Shown here one piece after another: positions 31,694 to 41,380 of a stretch of DNA of 64,000 nucleotides. Both the position numbers and the translations under genes were made by a program. The stretch's first letter is position 1; each line of letters opens with the position of its first letter. The stretch comes from an uncultured Pelagibacteraceae bacterium (GTDB lineage Bacteria; Pseudomonadota; Alphaproteobacteria; Pelagibacterales; Pelagibacteraceae). Where the stretch lies: the NCBI GenBank assembly GCA_902598735.1, contig CACKCM010000004.1:3787-67786 (forward strand), read 5' to 3'. The notes under the pieces are model-generated. The model was given only the letters and a program-made list of their open reading frames with translations. It was not told the origin of the DNA and made no database searches.

Positions 31694-31829
31694 TGATAGT
31701 CTTATATCCTGTTATTAAAAAAACTGTGCAAAACTAAATCTACTCACAGCTTTGATGCGTTTTAATGTTTTAAACCCCAATATTATGCCCTAAGTTTTTA
31801 AAAATTACTAAATATTGTAATTATATACT

Positions 31830-32324
31830 ATGAGTTGGACAGAAGAAAAAGTCGCTAAATTAAAAGAACTCTGGTCTAAAGGGCATACTGCAAGTCAGAT
31901 CGCTGAAGCATTAGGTGACACCACTAGAAACGCCGTAATCGGTAAAGCTCACAGGTTAAATTTAGAAGCTAGAGCGCCTTCTAAGCAATCTAATTCACCT
32001 AGATCCAATGATAATAAGCAGATTAGAAGAGGGCCAGCGCCAACATCAAGAAAGGCTAAATTTCAATCAATATTATTAGATAAAAACTTCGAGCCAGAAA
32101 ACCCTAAATCTCTAGAAGAACTTACAGATGAAACTTGCAAGTGGCCTATAGGTCATCCTAATGAGGAAAAATTCTATTTCTGCGGTAGAAAACCTGAAGG
32201 AGATTTCCCTTATTGCAAACTTCATGTTTTGTATGCCTTTCAACCTAAAAACCAAAAAGACGATGATCTTGGTGATGAGATACCAGAATTTATCGAGAAA
32301 AAAGTTAAAGCCTCGTCTGGTTAA
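31830..32324 (+). CDS. gcrA: Cell-cycle regulator GcrA
   Basis: MSWT.E....LK.LW..G.TASQIA, RNAVIGKAHRL and CKWPIG.P....F.FCG...PYC..H motifs. Confidence 0.95.
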   Translation: MSWTEEKVAKLKELWSKGHTASQIAEALGDTTRNAVIGKAHRLNLEARAPSKQSNSPRSNDNKQIRRGPAPTSRKAKFQSILLDKNFEPENPKSLEELTDETCKWPIGHPNEEKFYFCGRKPEGDFPYCKLHVLYAFQPKNQKDDDLGDEIPEFIEKKVKASSG

Positions 32325-32357
32325 CAAAACTTTAACATTACAATCATATAATTGATT

Positions 32358-32585
32358 ATGAAGTTTATTAAAAAATACCTTAAATGGTTAAGTACTTTTT
32401 TAGTTCTTACAGGTATTTTATTAACAAATTTGAATATGTATCCAGTAAATATAATGTTTCATGGAGCGGGAGTTGTTGGTTGGACAATTGCAGGTTTTAT
32501 TTCTAAGGATAAAGCAATATTAACCAATTTTGGGTTACAGATTCCATTATTTATTATTGGTTTTTATCAAATTTTGGTTCCGTAA
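32358..32585 (+). CDS. Small membrane protein (DUF6552-like)
   Basis: About 75 aa with 2-3 hydrophobic segments; KW....N.YP.N...G..GW...G....D.A...N pattern. Confidence 0.6.
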   Translation: MKFIKKYLKWLSTFLVLTGILLTNLNMYPVNIMFHGAGVVGWTIAGFISKDKAILTNFGLQIPLFIIGFYQILVP

Positions 32586-32611
32586 GTTCGGGACACTTCA
32601 ATACATTTTTT

Positions 32612-33055
32612 ATGAGGAAAATAAAAACAATATTATTTGTTTGTACTGGAAACTCTGCGAGAAGCATAATAGCGGAAAGTATTGTAAACAATAATTTCCG
32701 AAATCAATTCATCGCATTTAGCGCTGGAAGTAATCCTTCAGGAAAAATCAATCCCTACATTAAAGAGTATCTTGAAGGAAAAAAATTTAATTTAACCACG
32801 TATTATTCGAAAAATTTTGATGAATTTTTAAAAAATGATATTGATATTGATTACGTGATTACAGTTTGTAATAACGCCAATAAAGAAGTTTGTCCTGTAT
32901 GGCCCAAAAAAAAGACCATTACGCACTGGGACATCGCGGACCCTGTTGAAAAAATTAAAAAAACTAAAAATAAAGATAAAATAAATTTAATAGCTGAAGA
33001 AACTTATAATATAATTAATGAAAAAATTAAGCATTGGGTAAAAAATGAAAAGTAA
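32612..33055 (+). CDS. arsC: Arsenate reductase (LMW-PTP/thioredoxin-coupled type)
   Basis: FVCTGNSARS P-loop, ITVC....CP.WP, HWDIADP; coupled to a MIP channel. Confidence 0.88.
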   Translation: MRKIKTILFVCTGNSARSIIAESIVNNNFRNQFIAFSAGSNPSGKINPYIKEYLEGKKFNLTTYYSKNFDEFLKNDIDIDYVITVCNNANKEVCPVWPKKKTITHWDIADPVEKIKKTKNKDKINLIAEETYNIINEKIKHWVKNEK

Positions 33056-33692
33056 AAAGATATTTATTGGTGAATTTATTGGAAGTTGTTTTTTAGTCAT
33101 GATTATTGTTGGTTCAGGTATTATGGCTCAAAATCTAACTGATGATATCGCTGTAATGTTAATAGCGAATACTTTAGCTACAGGTGCAGGATTATTTGTT
33201 CTGATTACTTCAATCGGTGATATCTCCGGCGCACATTTCAATCCTGTCGTTACTTTAGCAATGTATTTTACCAACAAGATTAAAAAAAATTTAATTATCA
33301 CTTATATCTCTGCTCAAATCTTAGGTTGCATGTTAGGGGTAATGTTAGCAAATTTTATGTTTGATCTTCCTTTGTTGCAGCTTTCACAGAAGATTAGACC
33401 TGGAATAAATATTTTTACAGCTGAGATCATTGCAACTTTTGGATTAATTTTTGTGATATTTGGATCTTTAAAGAGCGGCAAACTTGCGGTCGCTTCATCA
33501 GTAGCTACTTTTATAACAGCGGGGTATTGGTTTACCTCTTCAACTTCTTTTGCAAATCCAGCGGTAGCAATCGCAAGAACTTTTACAGACACATTTACTG
33601 GAATTAATTACTTAAATACTCCTAGCTATATCATTGCTGAGATGCTTGGTGGAATATTGGCTGTCTATTTAATCAGAAAAATTATTTTGTAA
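33045..33692 (+). CDS. MIP-family channel, AqpS-like arsenite efflux
   Basis: VGSGIMA, SGAHFNPV and YWFTSSTSFANPA, characteristic of ars-associated aquaporins. Confidence 0.88.
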   Translation: MKSKKIFIGEFIGSCFLVMIIVGSGIMAQNLTDDIAVMLIANTLATGAGLFVLITSIGDISGAHFNPVVTLAMYFTNKIKKNLIITYISAQILGCMLGVMLANFMFDLPLLQLSQKIRPGINIFTAEIIATFGLIFVIFGSLKSGKLAVASSVATFITAGYWFTSSTSFANPAVAIARTFTDTFTGINYLNTPSYIIAEMLGGILAVYLIRKIIL

Positions 33693-33694
33693 TT

Positions 33695-33780
33695 GGAGGC
33701 CAGCCCAAGGAAATATTGATACCTTGGGCTGATGGGCTAATTAATTAACAACACAGTTGGGAGACTGTTAATCAGTTAAT
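33695..33780. ncRNA. Candidate structured ncRNA or terminator element between the MIP gene and ppx
   Basis: Perfect 10-bp GC-rich stem CAGCCCAAGG/CCTTGGGCTG plus a second hairpin ACAGT-TGGGAG-ACTGT (CUCCCA loop on the minus strand). Confidence 0.4.
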
Positions 33781-33832
33781 AATATATAAATGGTAAAAAA
33801 ATATTTAAATTAAGTTAAAGATTTATTAATTT

Positions 33833-35338
33833 TCAAGAATAAATGATATTGGAGTCGACATTCATCTCTCTTGCCAGGTTTTTAAGTCTTTTAGTTACTT
33901 GTTTTGAGACAATATCGCTATGATTGTTAGGTATTTTCAAAAAAATAGTCTTATTTCTTTTATAAATTTTAAATTCATCTAACAACAAAGAAGACATGCT
34001 AGTGAGTGACTCTGCTAATCTTAAAGCAGATCCCACTTGCTTTGAGGATAAAATTTCGTTGTTATTTAATAAGGATAAAAACTGATAATTCGGATTATAT
34101 TTTAAGCCACAATGTCTCCAAAAACTTGCTGATGCAACTTTTACTCTATCTCTATGTTCTAGTTTTAGTAATGGAGTATTTAACACTTCCATAAAAACTA
34201 ATTCTGCTTTTTGAAAAGCTCCTAGGCCCCAATCCATTTTACTTAAGATGCAAGCCAAGGTTAGTAATCTTCGATTAAAATATTCGTTGTCTTCAAATAA
34301 TGGTGAAATAAAGTTAAAATATTTCTCAAAACTTTTTCCATAGTCCCCTTTTTTAAAAGATATACCATCAGTTTTTAATTTGAAAATTTCATCCTCGCTC
34401 ATTCCTTGGTTTATAATTGTATCCATATGCCCCTCTCTCAGTCCACTGATTGAGCAAATAACTTTTGAGGGGCTTGCTGCTTCAATTATTTCTTTAAGTA
34501 TTATAGAGCTAAAAGGTAAATAGGGAGTTCTAGATTTAGTAATATATTCCATTGATTTCAAAGATGATTTATTAAATTTTGAAATTCTATTTAAGTATTT
34601 TACTGCTACATCTTTTGAGAGTTTATATTGGTGCAAAATATGTAATGGGTGTTTTTCTTTAAAGAGATGATATTTAAATAATGATCTCCAAGTCCCTCCT
34701 ACCAAATAAATATTTTTAAATTTCTTTTTAGAAAGCCATTTTTCATCTCTTAAAAGTTTTCTAACATATTTTCCCAAATTTCTTTTTTTTATAATAGGAT
34801 TATTTTCAAGTCTTAATACTCCAAGAGGTAAAGAGGTTGTTTCAAAAATTTGATTTTTAGAAACTCTGGCAAGTTCTAAACTTCCACCTCCTAAATCTGC
34901 AACTAATCCATCTACTTCATCAAATCCTACCATTACACCATTTGCTGATGTTCTTGCTTCTTCCTCGCCAGATAATACTAGTGGTTTTTTATTAAATATT
35001 TTTTCAATTTCTCTTAAAAATTCACTTGCATCAGTGGCCTCTCTAAAAGCTGCTGTTGCAATAATTTCTAAATCTTGAACGTCTGAAATATCTAAAATTT
35101 CTTTAAATCTATTTAGAACTTTTAAAGAACCTTTAATTCCATCGGGATTTAGTTTTTTAGATTTATCTAAATTTTTTCCAAGTTTGCAAACTGCTTTTTC
35201 ATTAAAGACTGGGATTGGAGAAATTTTAAAATTATCGTATATAAGCATTCTTACTGAATTTGATCCAAGATCTATTATGGCTTGCTTAGACTTTTTATTA
35301 GACTGAAATTTAAAAAGATTTTTTAATTCTGGTTTCAT
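33833..35338 (-). CDS. ppx: Exopolyphosphatase (Ppx/GppA family)
   Basis: IDLGSNSVR, ATAA.R, SGEEEA, DLGGGSLE and GLREG; downstream of ppk. Confidence 0.93.
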   Translation of the reverse strand: MKPELKNLFKFQSNKKSKQAIIDLGSNSVRMLIYDNFKISPIPVFNEKAVCKLGKNLDKSKKLNPDGIKGSLKVLNRFKEILDISDVQDLEIIATAAFREATDASEFLREIEKIFNKKPLVLSGEEEARTSANGVMVGFDEVDGLVADLGGGSLELARVSKNQIFETTSLPLGVLRLENNPIIKKRNLGKYVRKLLRDEKWLSKKKFKNIYLVGGTWRSLFKYHLFKEKHPLHILHQYKLSKDVAVKYLNRISKFNKSSLKSMEYITKSRTPYLPFSSIILKEIIEAASPSKVICSISGLREGHMDTIINQGMSEDEIFKLKTDGISFKKGDYGKSFEKYFNFISPLFEDNEYFNRRLLTLACILSKMDWGLGAFQKAELVFMEVLNTPLLKLEHRDRVKVASASFWRHCGLKYNPNYQFLSLLNNNEILSSKQVGSALRLAESLTSMSSLLLDEFKIYKRNKTIFLKIPNNHSDIVSKQVTKRLKNLAREMNVDSNIIYS

Positions 35339-37461
35339 TTTACTAATCTTAAATTTTGAGGTTTAGCTCTTAAAATTGACTTACCACGACCTGATAAACT
35401 TGGGTTCTTCATGAAATAGGAATGTGCGGAAAAGCCTTTTTCTTGTTCTTTATGATAGTTTCCCAAACTATCTAAATACCATGTTTCTGATTTATCTTTA
35501 AAGTTAGCTAACATAATTTGATCTAAAATTTGCTCATGCACAGTATTGTTTTCTATCGGAATTATAATTTCAATTCTTCTATCTAAATTTCTAGGCATTA
35601 AATCTGCAGATGAAATATATACCTGATTCTCTCGAGAGGGCATAGAGCTACCATTTGCAAAACAATAAATTCTTGAGTGTTCTAAAAATCTGCCAATGAG
35701 GCTTTTTACTTTTATATTTTCAGATTGACCTTTAATTCCAGGTCTTAAGCAACACACTCCTCTTACTGATAAATTTATTTTTACTCCTGCGTTTGAAGCT
35801 TCATAAAATTTCTTAATAATTCCAGGGTCTACAAGAGAATTCATTTTTGCCCATATTTCTGCAGGTTTTCCTTTACTTGCATTTACAATTTCATTTTCAA
35901 TTTTTTCTACAAAAAAATTCCTGCTATTTAATGGAGACATAAAAATTTTATTCAATTTTTTTGGTTTTGCATAACCAGTTACATAATTGAAAAATTTTTC
36001 GACATCTTTGGCCAAGTCTTGATTAGAGCTAAACAGTGATAAGTCAGTATAAATTTTTGCGTTAATTGGATGATAGTTTCCTGTACCTAAGTGAACATAG
36101 CTTCGCGTTTTAGCTCCTTCTTTTCTTAAAACTAAACTTGCCTTTGCATGCGTTTTATATTTTGCGAATCCGTAAACAATTTGAACGCCAGCTTTCTCTA
36201 GTTTCCTAGATAATTCAATATTAGCTTCCTCATCAAATCGAGCTTTTATTTCTATTACGGCTGTAACAACTTTTCCGTTTTCTGCTGCTCTACTTAGTGC
36301 TTTTACGATAGGAGAGTCAGGTGTGGTTCGATACAAAGTTTGTTTGATACCGATAACTTTGGGATCTTTTGCTGCAGCTTCTAAAAATTGAATTACTACA
36401 TCAAAAGTTTCAAAAGGGTGGTGTACAACAAAATCTTTACTTCTTATAGCTGAAAAAAATTTATCATCAAATTCCTTCAATCTTTCAACTTCTCTAGGAT
36501 TAAACTTTTTAAATCTCAGCTTTGGATCTTTCTTTTTACAAATTTCATCTATATCTTGTATTCCAACCAATCCTTCAACCTCATAAATATGATCTTCATC
36601 CATTTTAAATTTTTTTGAAATAAAATTTAAAAGTTTTTTGTTTGAATTAGTGATTACTTCGAGTTTAACTACGTTTCCCCTTCTTCTTTTCTTAATTGCC
36701 TTTTCAAAATATCTCACAAGATCAGCAGCTTCATCATCTATTTCAATTTCGCTGTCTCTAATTATTTTAAACTGCAAACTTGCCTCGATATTATGGTCTG
36801 GAAATATTTCATTAGCAAATTTACAAATTACGTCATCAATTGTGACAAATTCATTTATTGTTTCAGAATTGTTTAGAGATACAAATTTTGGAAGTGCTCT
36901 TGGTATAACTATAATTGCATTTAGTTCTCTTTTTTTTTTTATTCTAGTCATTCTTAGTAAAATTGCTTGGCCTTTATTTGGTATAAAAGGAAAGGGATGT
37001 GATGGGTCAATGGCAGTAGGTGTTATTATAGGATAAATTGTTTCCTGAAAATATTCTCTTAGATACATAAGATCCTTCTTATTTAGTTCTGACATTTTTC
37101 GAATGAAAATTTTTTCTTTCGATAGCTCTTTTTTCAACTCTAGGAATGCCTCGTTTTGCTTCTTTAATAGATCTTTAGTTTTTAATACGACCCTATTCAA
37201 TTGATCCTCTGCAGTTAATCCATCTGCGCTTAATTCGTCAAAACCATCTTTAATTTGATTAAAAAGTCCAGCAACTCTTACCATAAAAAATTCATCTAAA
37301 TTTGTACCTGCGATTGATAAAAATTTTACTCTTTCAAATAGAGGATTTGTTTTATCTTTTGATTCTTCTAAAACACGATCATTAAACTGAAGCCAAGATA
37401 ATTCTCTGTTTATGAGTTGATTGCTAATATTAGCGTTTTCTGAAAATGATGCTTTCGACAT
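35335..37461 (-). CDS. ppk1: Polyphosphate kinase 1
   Basis: NRELSWL.FN.RV, NLDEFFMVRV, HHPF, ARFDE, KTHAK, GTGNY, RFLEHSR and SADLM.RNL.RR motifs. Confidence 0.97.
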   Translation of the reverse strand: MSKASFSENANISNQLINRELSWLQFNDRVLEESKDKTNPLFERVKFLSIAGTNLDEFFMVRVAGLFNQIKDGFDELSADGLTAEDQLNRVVLKTKDLLKKQNEAFLELKKELSKEKIFIRKMSELNKKDLMYLREYFQETIYPIITPTAIDPSHPFPFIPNKGQAILLRMTRIKKKRELNAIIVIPRALPKFVSLNNSETINEFVTIDDVICKFANEIFPDHNIEASLQFKIIRDSEIEIDDEAADLVRYFEKAIKKRRRGNVVKLEVITNSNKKLLNFISKKFKMDEDHIYEVEGLVGIQDIDEICKKKDPKLRFKKFNPREVERLKEFDDKFFSAIRSKDFVVHHPFETFDVVIQFLEAAAKDPKVIGIKQTLYRTTPDSPIVKALSRAAENGKVVTAVIEIKARFDEEANIELSRKLEKAGVQIVYGFAKYKTHAKASLVLRKEGAKTRSYVHLGTGNYHPINAKIYTDLSLFSSNQDLAKDVEKFFNYVTGYAKPKKLNKIFMSPLNSRNFFVEKIENEIVNASKGKPAEIWAKMNSLVDPGIIKKFYEASNAGVKINLSVRGVCCLRPGIKGQSENIKVKSLIGRFLEHSRIYCFANGSSMPSRENQVYISSADLMPRNLDRRIEIIIPIENNTVHEQILDQIMLANFKDKSETWYLDSLGNYHKEQEKGFSAHSYFMKNPSLSGRGKSILRAKPQNLRLVK

Positions 37462-37483
37462 ATTTAAATGTTAAATTAAAAAT

Positions 37484-38008
37484 ATGTTTAAATTATATGC
37501 GATGAGACATGCTAAATCTAGTTGGGATTTTCCAAATTTAGATGATCATGACAGGCCATTGAATAAAAGAGGGGTAAATTCAGCAAAATTAATTTGTGAA
37601 TTTTTTATTAAAAAGAAATTAAAATTTGATTTAGTTTATTGCTCATCCTCTAAAAGGACAATACAAACATTAAATATATTGTCAGAAAAAATCAGTTTTA
37701 AGAAAATTATTAAAAAAAAAGCGCTTTATCATGCTAGTGAGGATGAAATTATTCATATCTTAAAACAAACAGTTGATAATTATAAAACTTTACTTTTAAT
37801 CAATCATGAACCTTCAATTAGTGAACTCATAAATCGAGTCTGTCTTAAAGAAAACTCTGAACAATTTGAAAATTTAAAAAGAAAATTTCCTACTGCAGCC
37901 GTTGCTGAAATAAGTTTTAATTTCAATGATTGGGAAAAGTTATCAAAAGTTAAAGGAAAATTAATATCATTTATAAAGCCAAAAGATCTTCAAACATCTA
38001 AGGAATAG
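37484..38008 (+). CDS. sixA: SixA-type histidine phosphatase
   Basis: RHAKSSW...D..RPL..RG, SS..R..QT, HEP and FPTA motifs. Confidence 0.85.
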   Translation: MFKLYAMRHAKSSWDFPNLDDHDRPLNKRGVNSAKLICEFFIKKKLKFDLVYCSSSKRTIQTLNILSEKISFKKIIKKKALYHASEDEIIHILKQTVDNYKTLLLINHEPSISELINRVCLKENSEQFENLKRKFPTAAVAEISFNFNDWEKLSKVKGKLISFIKPKDLQTSKE

Positions 38009-38673
38009 CCAGCAGATCTTACTGTTCTGATCAGATCTTTCTTGCCATCAATATTTATTGCTTTTCTTAGTCTTCTTATATGAACATCTATAGTTCTGGA
38101 CTCAACATAAATATCATCTCCCCATACAGAATTTAGAAGTTGCTCACGCGAATATACTCTTTTTGGATTCTTTATTAAAAAATCAATTAGTTTAAATTCG
38201 GTTGGGCCGACTATAACTTGTTTGTCTGCTCTATAAACTCTTCGTTGAACTCTATCTACTTTAAGATCCTCAAATACTACAACATCAGCGGCAACACTTG
38301 GTTTAGATCTCTTTAATAAAGCGTTAATTCTTGCAATAAGTTCTTTTTGGCTGAATGGCTTAGTTACATAGTCATCAGCTCCTGTTTCAAATCCTTTAAG
38401 TTTGTCTTCTTCCTCACCTTTGGCTGTTAACATAATGATTGGGATATTTTTGTGAAGATTGCTTCTTTTCAAATTTTTACAGACTTCAACACCTGAAATA
38501 TCTGGCAACATCCAATCTAATAAAATTAAATCAGGATTTTTTTCCTTTATATTTCTAATAGCGTCTTCTCCATTGACTGCATAATCAACTTTGTGACCCT
38601 CTTTTTCTAAATTGTATTTAAGTAAAGTTACGATGGGCATTTCATCTTCAACAATGAATAAATTTGCCCTCAT
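37990..38673 (-). CDS. phoB: Phosphate regulon response regulator
   Basis: LLDWMLP, GADDYVTKPFS, GPTEF and RTIDVHIRRLRK; located in the pst operon. Confidence 0.95.
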   Translation of the reverse strand: MRANLFIVEDEMPIVTLLKYNLEKEGHKVDYAVNGEDAIRNIKEKNPDLILLDWMLPDISGVEVCKNLKRSNLHKNIPIIMLTAKGEEEDKLKGFETGADDYVTKPFSQKELIARINALLKRSKPSVAADVVVFEDLKVDRVQRRVYRADKQVIVGPTEFKLIDFLIKNPKRVYSREQLLNSVWGDDIYVESRTIDVHIRRLRKAINIDGKKDLIRTVRSAGYSLDV

Positions 38674-39353
38674 TATCCTTTTGGTCGGTCTCCCTCTAAA
38701 TAATCTCCTGTAATCAGAAAATAAACTTGCTCTGCAATATTGGTTGCATGATCTCCAATCCTCTCAATATTTTTAAGCATGAAAAGTAGTTGGGTTACTT
38801 TTTGTATATCGTTTTTATTTTTTTCTAAATGCTTTACTGCAGCTTCCATATTAGAATTAGTCATTTGATCTATTTCTTCATCAGAATTCCAAACATTTTC
38901 TGCTGTATCTTTAGCTCTATGTAAATACGAATTTAAAACTGCATTGACTTGTTTTGATGCTTTTAAACCAGCTATTTCGAAATTTTTAGTAATATCATTA
39001 GGTAAATCAGTTCCAATTTTAGTTAATCGTTTTGAGATGTTTTTTGCTAAATCACCAATTCTCTCTAAGTCTGAAGAAACTTTTAAGGCAACAACTGTTT
39101 CTCTTAAATCTATTGCCATAGGTTGCCTTAAGGCAATCAAATTTACAACTTGCTCTTCTATATTTATTTCATACTTATCAGTCAATTCGTCATCTTTGAT
39201 AGATTTTTCTGCTAAACTAATGTCTTTTTTAACTAAAGATTGAATAGTGTTTTCAAGCTGTTTCTCAACTCCAGTTCCCATTTTCACTATTGTATCTTTT
39301 AATAACTGAAGTTGCTCTTCGTAAGATTTTACAATGTGCGGTTTTTCACTCAT
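38673..39353 (-). CDS. phoU: Phosphate signalling protein PhoU
   Basis: QPMA.DLR, DLERIGD and ERIGDHATNIAE motifs. Confidence 0.96.
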   Translation of the reverse strand: MSEKPHIVKSYEEQLQLLKDTIVKMGTGVEKQLENTIQSLVKKDISLAEKSIKDDELTDKYEINIEEQVVNLIALRQPMAIDLRETVVALKVSSDLERIGDLAKNISKRLTKIGTDLPNDITKNFEIAGLKASKQVNAVLNSYLHRAKDTAENVWNSDEEIDQMTNSNMEAAVKHLEKNKNDIQKVTQLLFMLKNIERIGDHATNIAEQVYFLITGDYLEGDRPKG

Positions 39354-40108
39354 TAACCAAACCTTCCTGTAATATAATCCTGAGTTTGCTGATTATCAGG
39401 ATTTTTAAATATTTTATCTGTTGGTCCAAATTCTATAAGTTTTCCCAAATGAAAGAAACCTGTTTTTTGAGATACCCTAGCTGCTTGTGACATTGAGTGG
39501 GTAACTATCACAATTGTGACCTCTTTTTTAAGATCATCTATAAGTTCTTCAATTTGAGCTGTTGCTATTGGGTCAAGCGCTGAACATGGTTCGTCCATAA
39601 GAATCACTTCTGGACTTACAGATATAGCTCTAGCAATACATAGTCGTTGCTGTTGACCTCCTGATAAACCAGTTCCGATTTCATCAAGTCTATCTTTAAC
39701 TTCGTTCCACAAGGCAGCTTTTTTCAAACTTATTTCAACTATTTGATCCATTTCTTCTTTGCTCTGTGCAATACCGTGAATAGTAGGACCATAAGCTACA
39801 TTTTCATAAATTGTTTTAGGGAATGGATTGGGTTTTTGAAAAACCATACCAACGTTCTCCCTAAGTCTCACAACATCTAACTTTCTTGAATTCAGTTCTA
39901 GGTTGTCCATTTTAATACTGCCTTCAACTCTACAAATATCTATGACGTCGTTCATCCTGTTCAAGCATCTTAAGAAAGTAGACTTTCCACACCCAGATGG
40001 TCCAATTAAAGCTGTAACTTCTTTTTCTGCTATATCTATAGAGACGTCAAATAATGCCTGTTTGGATCCGTAATAAACATTTACATTTTCCGCTTTTATT
40101 TTACTCAT
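39353..40108 (-). CDS. pstB: Phosphate ABC transporter ATPase
   Basis: [30 protein letters not shown] and YITGRFG motifs. Confidence 0.97.
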   Translation of the reverse strand: MSKIKAENVNVYYGSKQALFDVSIDIAEKEVTALIGPSGCGKSTFLRCLNRMNDVIDICRVEGSIKMDNLELNSRKLDVVRLRENVGMVFQKPNPFPKTIYENVAYGPTIHGIAQSKEEMDQIVEISLKKAALWNEVKDRLDEIGTGLSGGQQQRLCIARAISVSPEVILMDEPCSALDPIATAQIEELIDDLKKEVTIVIVTHSMSQAARVSQKTGFFHLGKLIEFGPTDKIFKNPDNQQTQDYITGRFG

Positions 40109-41380
40109 TTAACTCCATTTCTTTTCAAATTTGTGTCTAACGATTTGAGCTGCCAAGTTCATTAAAATTAAAAAAGCTAGAAGCACCATAATACATGCAG
40201 ATACTTTTTCAACAAAACCCCTCTCAGCACTTTCTGACCATATATATATCTGAACTGGTAAACTTGCAGCAGGATCAACTGGCGTACCAGGTATTGTATT
40301 CACAAAAGCAACCATTCCTATTAAAATTAAAGGGGCTGTTTCCCCTAAAGCTTGAGCCAAGCCAATTATCGTTCCAGATAAAGTTCCAGGCATTGATAGT
40401 GGCACAGTATGATGCATGGTTGTTTGCATATTACTTGCACCCATCGCTAAAGCAGCTTCTCTTATACTTGGGGGAACAGCTTTTAAAGAAGCTCTTGCAG
40501 CAATAATTATTGTTGGTAATGTCATAAGAGACAAAGTAATTCCTCCAACAAGTGGTGTCGATCTTGGTAAATTAAAAACTGCTAATAAAACACCAAGACC
40601 TAGCAAACCAAATACTATCGATGGAACAGCTGCCAAATTGTTAATGTTTACTTCTATAAAATCTGTAAATTTATTTTTTGGTGCAAACTCCTCGAGATAA
40701 ATTGCAGCTAGCACTGCGATAGGAAATGAAAACGCTAAACATACTAGTATACTAAAAACTGTTCCCATAAACGAGCTAGCTATACCTGCTAGTTCTGCCT
40801 CTCTTGAATCAGGACTTGTAAAAAAACTAATGTTAAACTCTGATAAAATATCTCCTCTTTCATTAAGCATATCGTAAATCTGCAACTGGTAATCATTTAC
40901 TCTTCTATTCTCCTCAGGAATATCTCTTGGATAATTTCCCTTATGAACTTGATCAACATCATCAGAAGCTGTTAATTTTATGGGCACTATTTTACCTAGA
41001 TAGTCTGGATTTTTTAAAAGTAGATCTTTAACCTCTGCCTCATATTTATACGAAACCATTTGTATCAATTGACGATCCTCTTCTTCAGGAAGTCCAGGAT
41101 CTAATGAGGTCATAGCTTTGTAAGCAACATCATAATAGTCTGCATTTTCTAGATCATCTTTTGATGGGCTTTCTGCATCGATTAAAAGTAATTCTTTATC
41201 ATAATGAACTTCTGTTACTATCCAAGTTTTTTGGAAAGCTGAGTAACCTTTTGAAAATATCTGAAACATAAAAACTGCTAAAAAGCTTAAAGCTAATCCT
41301 ATAGCTATTTTGCCATACCATTGAAATCTTCTTTCAGCGTTATATCTTTTTTTTAATAAATTTTTCTTAAAACTATTCAT
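40109..41380 (-). CDS. pstA: Phosphate ABC transporter permease PstA
   Basis: YLEEFA, NLAAVPSIVFGL and GETAPL; start placed at the ATG overlapping the pstC stop. Confidence 0.95.
   Translation of the reverse strand: MNSFKKNLLKKRYNAERRFQWYGKIAIGLALSFLAVFMFQIFSKGYSAFQKTWIVTEVHYDKELLLIDAESPSKDDLENADYYDVAYKAMTSLDPGLPEEEDRQLIQMVSYKYEAEVKDLLLKNPDYLGKIVPIKLTASDDVDQVHKGNYPRDIPEENRRVNDYQLQIYDMLNERGDILSEFNISFFTSPDSREAELAGIASSFMGTVFSILVCLAFSFPIAVLAAIYLEEFAPKNKFTDFIEVNINNLAAVPSIVFGLLGLGVLLAVFNLPRSTPLVGGITLSLMTLPTIIIAARASLKAVPPSIREAALAMGASNMQTTMHHTVPLSMPGTLSGTIIGLAQALGETAPLILIGMVAFVNTIPGTPVDPAASLPVQIYIWSESAERGFVEKVSACIMVLLAFLILMNLAAQIVRHKFEKKWS

Noticed and set aside
31694-31829. DnaA or CtrA boxes in the gcrA promoter (CTGTG...CACAG, TTAA runs)
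   Set aside because: Only 2-3-mismatch DnaA-like matches and no TTAA-N7-TTAA; not distinguishable from AT-rich background
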